DNA of 64,000 nt, taken from positions 891,946 to 955,945 of the forward strand of contig CAVTOC010000006.1 of the NCBI GenBank assembly GCA_963736335.1, written 5' to 3'. This stretch comes from an uncultured Actinomycetes bacterium (lineage in GTDB: Bacteria; Actinomycetota; UBA4738; HRBIN12). Below, one piece after another: positions 10,403-19,223 of this stretch. The number at the start of each line of letters is the position of its first letter. Within the stretch, counting starts at the first letter, position 1. The notes beneath the pieces were generated by a model. That model worked only from the letters and a program-made list of their open reading frames with translations, had not been told where the DNA came from and ran no database searches. Made by a program: the position numbers and the translations under genes.

Positions 10403-11452
10403 TCATTTGACGATGAACGCACCCGACATCGCGGGGCCGTGGACATCGCATTGGAAGTAGTAATGGCCAGGAGGCAGCCCCGGCGCGTTGAGCGTCTCTG
10501 AAGCGACCCCAGTAATCTTCGGCGAGGTGAAGTACTGCTTCTTCTGGAAGAAGCTGTCGTAGATCGAGAAGTTGTGCTCGATCCCAACGTCCTCGTTCAT
10601 GATGCTCAGCGTGAATGGAGTGTTCGCAGGTACCGCGAGGCAGAAGCTGTTCCATGAGATGTCGTGCGCGACGAGCGACAGGTTCGTTCCGTTCGGATCG
10701 CAGGTGATGCCCGATGCTGCCTTGCGCTGTTGATCGATCCATGCCTGATAGTCGGGGGCAGAGACGACCTTCACGACGAACGTCATCTTCGAATGCCAGA
10801 GACCGCAGAACTCCGCGCATTGCGACTGAAACGTCCCGAGGACCGTCGGCGTGAACGTGAACGTGCTGGTGCGACCTGGGATCGCATCTCGTTTGAAGAG
10901 CAGCGCGGGGATGAAGAACGAATGGATGACGTCACGTGACGTCAACGTGATCTGCACGGGTTCGTCGACCGGCAGAACCATGACCGCCGGACGAACCAGC
11001 GTCTTGCCGCTGACGAAGATCCCTTCGGTCTTATAGAGGAACGTCCATTCCCACTGGAACCCCTCCACATCTATCTGCACCTGCGGCGTCGCTTGCTCTT
11101 CGACGTGCATGAGCGTGACCTCGCCGAAGGGGAACAAGGCCGCCACGATCAGCGACGGGATCACGAAGAAGACCGTGAGGGAGCGGGTCCCTCCGACCGA
11201 TTGGCGAGCAGTGGCATCGTCTCGCTTGCGGTACTTGAAGACACACCACAGAAGCACGGCATAGACGCCGATGACCACGGGAGCGGCGAGCCCCATGATG
11301 ATGAAGTAGAGGGAATGAACTTCCTGAGATTGAGGCGAGATGCCGCTCTGCGCGCACCCGGACAGCAGCGCGGCGGCCCAAACGACCCCAAGGCGAAGGA
11401 GGTTCCGGTGGCTCAGAAGGTGCCGGTTCGATCGAAGCCCGCCGCCGCTCAC
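10403..11452 (-). CDS. ctaC: Cytochrome c oxidase subunit II fused to a C-terminal type-1 (blue) copper cupredoxin domain
   Basis: Lipobox signal (LLSGC), 2 TM, CuA site CAEFCGLWHSKM, then a ~100-aa extra domain with H...C-x2-H-x3-M (EHNF...YFQCDVHGPAM). Probable GTG start at 11452 overlapping the upstream gene's TGA (GTGA). Confidence 0.85.
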   Translation of the reverse strand: MSGGGLRSNRHLLSHRNLLRLGVVWAAALLSGCAQSGISPQSQEVHSLYFIIMGLAAPVVIGVYAVLLWCVFKYRKRDDATARQSVGGTRSLTVFFVIPSLIVAALFPFGEVTLMHVEEQATPQVQIDVEGFQWEWTFLYKTEGIFVSGKTLVRPAVMVLPVDEPVQITLTSRDVIHSFFIPALLFKRDAIPGRTSTFTFTPTVLGTFQSQCAEFCGLWHSKMTFVVKVVSAPDYQAWIDQQRKAASGITCDPNGTNLSLVAHDISWNSFCLAVPANTPFTLSIMNEDVGIEHNFSIYDSFFQKKQYFTSPKITGVASETLNAPGLPPGHYYFQCDVHGPAMSGAFIVK

Positions 11453-11934
11453 GACACCGTAAACGCTTGCACCATCCCGAGGGATGCATGAGGCGGTCCG
11501 TCTGTCCCGCCGCTCTGTGTGCCCGTCTGCCAGCAGGCGAACGCATAGTTCCCCGGCGGGAGATTGAGCCATTCGACGATGCCCGCACCGGTGTCAACAG
11601 AACCGAAGTCGCCGCCGATGTGCAGCCAGTTGTCCTCGTCGGACGCGCCGTTCGCCTTCGCGCCGTCGATCACGTCCTGGGCGGTCTGTCCCGAGCCCAA
11701 CGCGATCGGGATCATCTCGTGGGTGATGGGAAAGGATTCCTTGTTCTGGAACAGTAGTTGGTTGACGCCTGAGGGGAGAGTGGCCGGAACACCGTGGTAC
11801 TTGAACTGCTGAACGAAGATCGTCGTGAGCGTGGTTGAGTTATCCGAGGACTTCGAACACGCCGTGGCTACGAGCAACAGCATGCAGGCGAGTGCCGTCG
11901 CGAGCTTCGTCCAACGCCCAAATGACCGCCCCAT
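11449..11934 (-). CDS. Lipoprotein with cupredoxin-like Cys/His/Met motif (putative copper carrier or chaperone)
   Basis: Signal plus lipobox LVATAC. Candidate copper ligands THEM...FACWQ...PPHASLGM. Translationally coupled to ctaC. Confidence 0.6.
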   Translation of the reverse strand: MGRSFGRWTKLATALACMLLLVATACSKSSDNSTTLTTIFVQQFKYHGVPATLPSGVNQLLFQNKESFPITHEMIPIALGSGQTAQDVIDGAKANGASDEDNWLHIGGDFGSVDTGAGIVEWLNLPPGNYAFACWQTGTQSGGTDGPPHASLGMVQAFTVS

Positions 11935-12123
11935 ATCACCCTCCCTTTGGATGTCACGCCCACCCGTGCAGGCGCACCCTCCAACGACCTGGCTCGGGAA
12001 ACAAGATTGATGACAGGACTGTCACGACACCACGTCGATCGACTCTGCGCGACGGTGCAGATATCGCCGCAACATTGCATGGTTGTCATCGTGGCCGGCC
12101 GCGATCGCTCAAGTGGACCGTCG

Positions 12124-12210
12124 CGGGAGGAGTGGGATTCGAACCCACGGGCCCCTTGCGGGACCAACGGTTTTCAAGACCGTCGCCTTCGTCCGCTCGG
12201 CCATCCTCCC
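12124..12210 (-). tRNA. tRNA-Ser (anticodon TGA)
   Basis: Reverse complement folds as acceptor GGGAGGA/TCCTCCC, D-arm GCCGAGCGG, anticodon loop CTTGAAA, long variable arm, T-arm GTGGGTTCGAATCCCAC. CCA not encoded. Confidence 0.85.
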
Positions 12211-12359
12211 GACGCGAAGCCTACGAGGTCGGAGGGGTCCATTTCATTACGTCGGCCTCACCTTCCCTTGGGCAAGCCTTGGAGTGCCTCTCTGTAGCGT
12301 GAGCATCGTCATCGGACCATTCGGTCCGGAGACGGCAAGCGAGGAAAGGAGCGCACCAG

Positions 12360-12695
12360 ATGGCATACGTGATCGCCGAGCCGTGTGTGGACGTCCACGA
12401 TCGTGGGTGCGTGGACGAGTGTCCCGTCGATTGCATCTACGACGGGCTCCGCAAGAGCTACATCCATCCCGACGAGTGCGTGGACTGCGGTGCCTGCGAA
12501 CCGGTGTGCCCGGTGACAGCCATCTTCAGTCGAGACGATCTCCCGGACGAGTGGCTCGGGTACGAGCAGATCGAGCGCGAGTTCTTCGGGCCGGACGTCA
12601 CCAACCTCGGGAACCCCGGAGGTGCTGCCCAAGCAGGCGATACGCACGTCGACCATCCGCTGGTCGCCGCGCTCCCCGTCGTCGTCGACGCCTGA
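12360..12695 (+). CDS. fdxA: 7Fe ferredoxin ([3Fe-4S][4Fe-4S])
   Basis: MAYVIAEPCVDVHDRGCVDECPVDCIY...CVDCGACEPVCP. GGAAAGGAG RBS. Confidence 0.9.
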   Translation: MAYVIAEPCVDVHDRGCVDECPVDCIYDGLRKSYIHPDECVDCGACEPVCPVTAIFSRDDLPDEWLGYEQIEREFFGPDVTNLGNPGGAAQAGDTHVDHPLVAALPVVVDA

Positions 12696-12738
12696 TGCGA
12701 CGGTGGTGGGGCACGCCCCGCGGGTCTACCCTGGGGGG

Positions 12739-15700
12739 ATGAGCGCTGAGGCTTCCGGGGTGCCTGACGCTGCCTCGGGGATGCCCGAGGACCTGTATCG
12801 GCAGGTGATCGAGGCGGTGCCGGCGGTCACCTACGTCCTGCCGTTCGGGCACACGGATCAGCGCTACCTCTACGTGAGCCCCCAGAGCGAGGCCGTCTTG
12901 GGCCTGACGCCCGACGAGATGATGGGCGACGTCGCCGAACGGGTCCGGCGGATCCATCCCGACGATCGGGGCCGGATGCTCATCGACGCGGCCAAGGACA
13001 CCGGGTCGTGGGACGAGGAGTACCGGATCCTCCTTCCGGACGGGTCGACACGCTGGGTGCACGACCAGACCCGTCTGGTTCCGGCGACGGGCGACAGGCC
13101 GGCCATGTGGTTCGGCGTGGTCACTCCGCTCGACAAGGACGACGACGAGATCGATCAGCCGCTCGCTCGATGCGGAGACCCGCTATCAGTCGCTGGTCGA
13201 GCAGCTTCCCGCCGTCGTCTACATCGACACGCATGAGGAGAACCCGATCACGATCTACATCAGCCGGCAGATCGAGAAGATCACGGGCTATCCGCCGGAG
13301 GACTGGATCTCGGACCCCGAGCTATGGCTCCGGGTGATCCATCCCGACGATCGGGCCGCCACACTCCGCGATCGGCCGCCCGAACTCGACGGCGCCGAGG
13401 AGGCGTCGTTCGAGTATCGAGTCGTGCACCGCGACGGACACGTCCTGTGGGTCAGGGATGTCGCGCGGCTCGTACACGCCACCGACGGCACCCCGCTGTT
13501 CTGGCAAGGAGTGGTGCTCGACGTAACGGAGCAACATCGAGCCGAGGACGAACGACTCCGGTCGGAGGCCCGGTACCGCGCCCTCGTGGAGCAGGTGCCG
13601 GGGATCGTGTACATCGACACGAACGAGGCCGATCCCGCACCGATGTACGTCAGTCCGCAGGTCCTCGAGCTCACGGGCTACACCGTCGAGGACTGGATGG
13701 CCGACCGAGGGCTGTGGCTGAAGGCGACCCATCCCGAGGACCGTGAGCGGGTACGTGATGAGTGGCTGTCCGCGGTGGGACGGCGCGCCCCGTTCTCGGT
13801 CGAGTACCGCTCTGTCCATCGCGATGGCCGCGTGTCGTGGTTCCACGACACCGCGCGACTGGTCCGTTCCGAGGACGGGAAGCCGCTGTTCTGGCAGGGA
13901 TTGATCCAAGACGTCACGGAGGCCAAGCGAGCAGACGTGATGGTGCGTGAGTCCGAGCTGCGGCACCGCGCGCTCGTCGAACAGGTACCTGCCGTGGTGT
14001 TCATCGACTCCCACCAAGAGTCGCCGATCTGCTACTACGTCAGCCCACAATCGACGGAGATGCTCGGGTATCGACCCGAGGAGTTCCAGGACGACCCGAC
14101 GCTGTTCTTCCGGATCATGCATCCGGACGATGTCGAACGCGTTGGGAACGCGTGGGTCGACGCCGTTCGGCACCGCGATTCGTTCTTCTGCGACTTCCGG
14201 TTGTTCCGCCGCGACGGTGCGGTCGTGTTCGTGCGAGAGGCCGCCATGCTGGTCCGCGACGTCGACGGGAACCCGATCCATTGGCAGGGACTGATCCAGG
14301 ACCTGACGGATCGCAAACGCGCCGAGGACGAGCTCCGCGCATCGGACGCCCGGTATCGGATGCTCGTCGAGCAGGTTCCCGCCGTCGTCTATGAGATGGA
14401 CCCTGACGATGAACGACGGACGCTCTTCGTGAGCCCGCAGGTGGAGGCTCTCTTCGGCTACTCCCGCGCGGAATGGTTGGACCAACCGGACATCTGGATC
14501 GAGCTGCTGCACCCCGACGACCGGGAGATACAGCTGGCCGCGCACGACCTCCACAACGAGACGGGCGAGCCGTGGAGCCAGGAGTACCGGCTGATCGCGA
14601 GCGACGGCAGGGTGGTGTGGGTGCGGGACCAGGCCCGGCTCGTCCGCGACGAAGCCGGGAACGTCTCCACCTGGCAGGGCGTCATGCTGGATGTCACCGC
14701 CCAGAAGGATCTGGAGGAACGGCTCCGTCAGTCCAACGACGACCTCGAGTTCCGCGTGCTGGAACGCACGGCCGAGCTCGAGGAAGCGAACGAGATGATG
14801 GCGCTCGAGATCGGCGAGCGCAAACGGATCGAGACCGAGCTCCGAGAAACCCGCGAACGCTACCGCCGGCTCGTCGAGGATCTGCCTGCGGTCGTCTACC
14901 TGTGGCAGGCCCGCGACCTCGAGAACCCGTCGGGCGTCTACACGAGCCCTCGCATCGAGAAGCTGCTCGGATACTCGGCCGAGGAATGGAACTCGAGCGA
15001 CATCTGGATCGACCGCCTCCATCCGCATGACCGTGAGCGTGTGCTCGCCGCGTCAGCGCGGAGCGAAACCACCGGTGAGCCGTTCAGCGAGGAATACCGG
15101 GTGTTCGCCAAGGACGGTCGATTGGTCGTCGTCTTCGACCACGCCACGTTGCTCTCGCGCGATCAGCAGGGACGGCCGATGTTGTTCCAGGGCGTGCTGA
15201 TGGACATGACCGAACGCCACCGTGCGGAGGAGTACGCCGCAGAGACCGCGCAGCGCTACCGCGAGCTCGCCGAGGACGGCCCCGTGGTCTTCATGGTCCT
15301 GGAATTCGACCCGGCGCTCGAACAGCGGTTCCGGCTCCGCTACATGAGCCCGCAGGTCCAGGACATCCTCGGATATCCGGCCGCACGCTTCTACGCGGAC
15401 CCGTGGGCCATGCTGGACATGGTGCACCCCGACGACCTCGCATCGGCCCGGCAGCACAGCCAACGCATCATGGAGGGGCACCCCTGGGACATCGACTACC
15501 GGATGATCGCGGACGACGGCCGGATCGTGTGGATCCACCTCGAAGGTCGAACCGTGGAGCGAGACGACGAGGGCCGTCCCCACCGGCTCCAGGGCATCAT
15601 GATCGACGTCACCGACCGCAAAGAGCGGGAGGAGCGCGAGCGTGAGGCGGCGGCTGTCTTGCTATCCCTCGTCGAACAGATGCCGGGGGTCCCGTGGACC

Positions 15701-16066
15701 TACGCCGTGGAAGATCCGACCGACTGGCGGCCGATCTACATCGCGCCGCAGGTGGAACAGCTGCTCGGATACACGTCGGCGGAGCTCATGGCCGAGCCTC
15801 GGTTCTTCGCCAGGATCGTGCATCCGGACGACCTCGCGGCGACGCTGGCCTCGGCGGAGCGCCGCGTGCGTCGCGGAGAACCCTGGCTGTCAGAGTTCCG
15901 CATCGTCGCGCGGGACGGAAGGGTCCTGTGGATCCGCAGCCGCGGGAACCTCGGCCACGACGATCAGGGCCGCCCGCTGCTGCACGGGATGTGGGTCGAC
16001 ATCACCGCGGAGCGGGAACGCACCGACCCCGCGAGCGAGGGATCCGCAGGGCGACGCGAACGCTGA
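12739..16066 (+). CDS. Multi-PAS (>=9 tandem PAS/PAC repeats) protein with central coiled coil and no output domain; apparent frameshift at ~13150-13180
   Basis: Track ORFs 12622..13236 and 13334..16066 both carry ~130-aa PAS repeats (RYRALVEQVPAVVYID ... IHPDDR ... WQGVVLDVTE). A further repeat (ETRYQSLVEQLPAVVYIDTHEENP...) reads through the gap in the second frame. Likely start is MSAEASG at 12739. Confidence 0.75.
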
Positions 16067-16074
16067 CCGAGGGG

Positions 16075-17346
16075 TCAGCCCTTCGGCCGCAGCACCCGGA
16101 CGGACTCGGGCAGGTACGGGTGAAGCTTCGCGGGCAACTCGACCGAGCCGTCCGCTTGCTGGTGGTTCTCCATGATCGCGATCAAGGAGCGCCCGACCGC
16201 GGTCGCGGTGCCGTTCAGCGTATGCAGCGGCTCCACCTTGCCGTCGGGTCGCCGGACGCGGGTCTGCAGTCGCCGCGCCTGGTAGTCCGTGCAGTTCGAG
16301 CAGGACGTCAGCTCGCGATAGCGCTGCTGTGCCGGAAGCCAGCCTTCGATGTCGTACTTCTTCGCGGCCGAGCCACCCAGGTCCCCCGCGGCGACGTTCA
16401 CCACGCGGTACGGGATCTCGAGGTTCCCGACGATCTCCTCTTCGATCGAGACCAGCATCTCGTGCTCGTCCCATGAGGTCTCCGGCGTCGTGAACGAGAA
16501 CATCTCCACCTTGTCGAACTGGTGCACACGGAACATGCCGCCCATGTCCTTGCCGTACGTTCCGGCCTCGCGGCGGAAGCACGTGGAGTAGCCGGCATAG
16601 CGGAGCGGCAGGTCGGCCTGATCTTCGATCTCGGTCATGTGCAGCGCCGCGAGCGGTACCTCGCTCGTGCCGACCAGGTACAGGTCGTCCTCGCGCGTCA
16701 CGTACAGTTGCGCCTCGTCCGTCGGCAGGAACCCCGTGCCGTACATCGCCTCCTCACGGACCAGCACGGGCGGTATCACCGGCGTGAATCCCTTCGCCGT
16801 CAAGATGTCGATCGCGTGCCGTACCAGCGCGAACTGCAGCAACACGATGTCGCCCATCAGGTACACGAAGCGAGAGCCCGACGTGCGGACCGCGCGTTCG
16901 ACGTCAAGCACGCCGAGCAGTTCGCCCAGCGCCACGTGGTCCCGGGGCTCGAACTCGAACGTCCGGGGCTCACCGTGTCGGCGAACCTCCACGGCGTCCT
17001 CATCGGTGAAGCCGTCGGGCGCGGTGTCGTGCGGGATGTTCGGTGTGTTCGCGAGGAGATCGGCCAGCTCCGCCTCCGCGACCTCCAGCTCGGGTTCGAG
17101 CGCTTTGAGCTCGGTGGAGACCTTGCTGACCTCGTCGATCAGCCGTTGCTTCTCGTCGCCTTGCGCGCCACCGATCGCCTTCGACGCCTGGTTCTGCTCG
17201 GTACGCAGAGCCTCGACGCGCCCGATCAACGCGCGACGGCGCTCGTCGGCGGCGAGCAGCGCGTCGACCGCATCGGCGAGGTTGCGTCGGGCGAGGCCTT
17301 TGCGGAACGGGTCCGGGTCTTCTCGGATCGCTTTGATGTCGAGCAT
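16075..17346 (-). CDS. serS: Seryl-tRNA synthetase
   Basis: 423 aa with class II aaRS motifs (FRREAGTYGKDMGGMFRVHQFDKVE, GTATAVGRSLIAIMENHQ). Confidence 0.95.
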   Translation of the reverse strand: MLDIKAIREDPDPFRKGLARRNLADAVDALLAADERRRALIGRVEALRTEQNQASKAIGGAQGDEKQRLIDEVSKVSTELKALEPELEVAEAELADLLANTPNIPHDTAPDGFTDEDAVEVRRHGEPRTFEFEPRDHVALGELLGVLDVERAVRTSGSRFVYLMGDIVLLQFALVRHAIDILTAKGFTPVIPPVLVREEAMYGTGFLPTDEAQLYVTREDDLYLVGTSEVPLAALHMTEIEDQADLPLRYAGYSTCFRREAGTYGKDMGGMFRVHQFDKVEMFSFTTPETSWDEHEMLVSIEEEIVGNLEIPYRVVNVAAGDLGGSAAKKYDIEGWLPAQQRYRELTSCSNCTDYQARRLQTRVRRPDGKVEPLHTLNGTATAVGRSLIAIMENHQQADGSVELPAKLHPYLPESVRVLRPKG

Positions 17347-17883
17347 CTACGGCACCTTCACTTGCTCCGTCTTCTCGGTCGCGGGCGTGGCCGGGTTCGC
17401 GGGTTGCGCCTGCGAGCCGGCCTGACCGGACGACGAGCCCGTGGCGGCTCCGTCCATGATGCTCTGGCCGTGGAAGATGCCACCCTCCTCGACGACGAGC
17501 GACTTCGACGTGATGTTGCCGTCGACGCGTCCACCACGAGCCAGGTGCGCCTTGCCCTTCACGGCGATGTTGCCCTTGAAGCGACCGGCCACCGTGACGT
17601 TCTGCGCGCGGATATCGGCCTCGACCTGGCTCTGCGGCGAGAGCGTGACGTCGCCGTCGGCGTTGATCTGGCCCTTCACCTGCCCGTCGATCCGCAGGCT
17701 CCCTGCGGAAACGACGTTCCCATCCAGTCGCGCTCCGACGCCGACGACCGTGACCTCACCGTTCTCCGCCATCTGCGTCTCCTTTCCTTTCTGTGGGCGT
17801 TCTGCTGATTCCGGCCTGGGTGGCATCGCCGCCTCCATATCGTCCGGCTGTGCCTCGTGGGCCTCGTCCTTCTTGAAGATCAT
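17347..17883 (-). CDS. Bactofilin (DUF583 beta-helix polymer-forming protein)
   Basis: 178 aa from the internal ATG (MIFKKDEAHE...). Bactofilin repeats VTVVGVGARLDGNVVSAGSLRIDGQVKG...NITSKSLVVEEGGIFHGQ. Its stop abuts the serS ATG (TAGATG). Its ATG overlaps the upstream gene's stop (ATGA). Confidence 0.8.
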   Translation of the reverse strand: MIFKKDEAHEAQPDDMEAAMPPRPESAERPQKGKETQMAENGEVTVVGVGARLDGNVVSAGSLRIDGQVKGQINADGDVTLSPQSQVEADIRAQNVTVAGRFKGNIAVKGKAHLARGGRVDGNITSKSLVVEEGGIFHGQSIMDGAATGSSSGQAGSQAQPANPATPATEKTEQVKVP

Positions 17884-18410
17884 CGGGCCTCCACCGCCTC
17901 GACCGGCGCGGCGAGCGCCTGCCGGATGGCCTCGTCCTCTTCCGAGGAGAGGTTGTAGCTGCTGCGTCCGTCCGTGATCGGTTTCGCGTAGACACGCGTC
18001 TCCTGGCGACCGTTGATGGAGGTGAGTACCACGCCGGTGCCGTGGTCGTCGAGCAGGGCGCACGAGAACGAGAGGCGTCCGCCCACATCCTCGAACGCGT
18101 CGTAGCGCAGAAGGGCGACATGACGAACGCTGCCCTCGATCTGGCCTTGCTGATGCTTGTCCGTCTTGTTGAGCGTCCGCACCGCCTGCTCCAACCGATC
18201 GATCTTCTTCGCCTGACCGTCCAGCACGCCCCGTAACGCGTCGTCCAGCCGGATGGGTCCGCCGGGCTCGCGGTGACGAGCTCGACCACCGGTCGCGAAG
18301 ATCGCGAACACGACGCCGAGCGCGCCCAGGCCGAGCGCGACCAATACCAACAGCGTGTTCGTGTGGTCCGAGAAGGTCAAACCGGACTCCCGGGTCGGGG
18401 AAACGGGCAT
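17880..18410 (-). CDS. DUF4446-like membrane-anchored protein
   Basis: N-terminal TM, then LRYDAFEDVGGRLSFSCALLDDHGTGVVLTSINGRQETRVYAKP, recalled from memory as the DUF4446 family. Confidence 0.6.
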   Translation of the reverse strand: MPVSPTRESGLTFSDHTNTLLVLVALGLGALGVVFAIFATGGRARHREPGGPIRLDDALRGVLDGQAKKIDRLEQAVRTLNKTDKHQQGQIEGSVRHVALLRYDAFEDVGGRLSFSCALLDDHGTGVVLTSINGRQETRVYAKPITDGRSSYNLSSEEDEAIRQALAAPVEAVEAR

Positions 18411-18446
18411 CTACCTGCGGGTTCGGTGAGGCTTCCTGAGTATACG

Positions 18447-19223
18447 ATGGGCCCCCTCGTGGACGAACGAACCCTGGCTCGGCTGCTCGACGACGTCGCC
18501 GCCGGCACGACCCCCGTCGAGGACGCCGTCGAGGCGCTCCGGATCCTGCCGTACGAGACGGTCACGGATGCGCGCGTCGATCACCACAGAGAGCTCCGCA
18601 CCGGTCATCCGGAGGCGATCTACGGCCCGGGGAAGTCCATCGAACAGATCCGCGAGATCGCGGCCGCACTTGCCGCACGCTCGAACGGTGCCGTGTTGCT
18701 CACGCGCGCGACGCCGGAGCAGGCGGCGGCGGCGGTCGAGGCCGTTCCCGGCGCGCGGTTCCACGAGGTAGCCCGGCTGGTCGTCGTGAAGGCCGCCGAC
18801 CGACCGATGGACGCGACGGTCGCGGTCGTGGCTGCTGGAACGTCCGACCTGCCCGTGGCTGAGGAAGCCGCGGTCACCGTCGAGGCGACCGGAGCCAGCG
18901 TCGCTCGGATCACCGACGTGGGTGTTGCCGGCGTCCACCGGATCCTCGAGCACCGCGCTTCGCTCGAGTCGGCCGACTGCGTGATCGTCGTCGCCGGGAT
19001 GGAGGGTGCGCTCCCATCCGTCGTGGCGGGGCTCATCTCCACGCCGATCGTCGCCGTTCCGACCAGCGTGGGCTACGGCGCCTCGTTCGAAGGACTGTCC
19101 GCCCTGCTGACGATGCTCGCGTCGTGCGCCCCCGGGGTCGCCGTGGTGAACATCGACAACGGGTTCGGGGCAGCGCAGGTTGCCCACCGCATCGTTCGCG
19201 CGACGTCGCAGGCCGACGGATGA
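18447..19223 (+). CDS. larB: LarB, nickel-pincer cofactor biosynthesis carboxylase/hydrolase (PurE-like)
   Basis: N-terminal LarB domain (GHPEAIYGPGKSIEQI) plus PurE-like domain (ATVAVVAAGTSDLPVAEEA...VIVVAGMEGALPSVVAG). ATG at 18447; the upstream track extension is Arg/Gln-rich. Confidence 0.8.
   Translation: MGPLVDERTLARLLDDVAAGTTPVEDAVEALRILPYETVTDARVDHHRELRTGHPEAIYGPGKSIEQIREIAAALAARSNGAVLLTRATPEQAAAAVEAVPGARFHEVARLVVVKAADRPMDATVAVVAAGTSDLPVAEEAAVTVEATGASVARITDVGVAGVHRILEHRASLESADCVIVVAGMEGALPSVVAGLISTPIVAVPTSVGYGASFEGLSALLTMLASCAPGVAVVNIDNGFGAAQVAHRIVRATSQADG

Noticed and set aside
12211-12232. Similarity of the tRNA-Ser 5' flank (GACCTCGTAGGCTTCG) to the tRNA-Leu 3' flank (GACCTGCGAGGCTTCG)
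   Set aside because: Short, imperfect and on opposite sides of the respective tRNAs. Likely chance or a generic GC-rich hairpin.
13322-15028. 568-aa minus-strand ORF, and 13678..14004 and similar
   Set aside because: Antisense to the PAS-repeat gene. Low-complexity Arg/Val/Leu composition. No recognisable domain.
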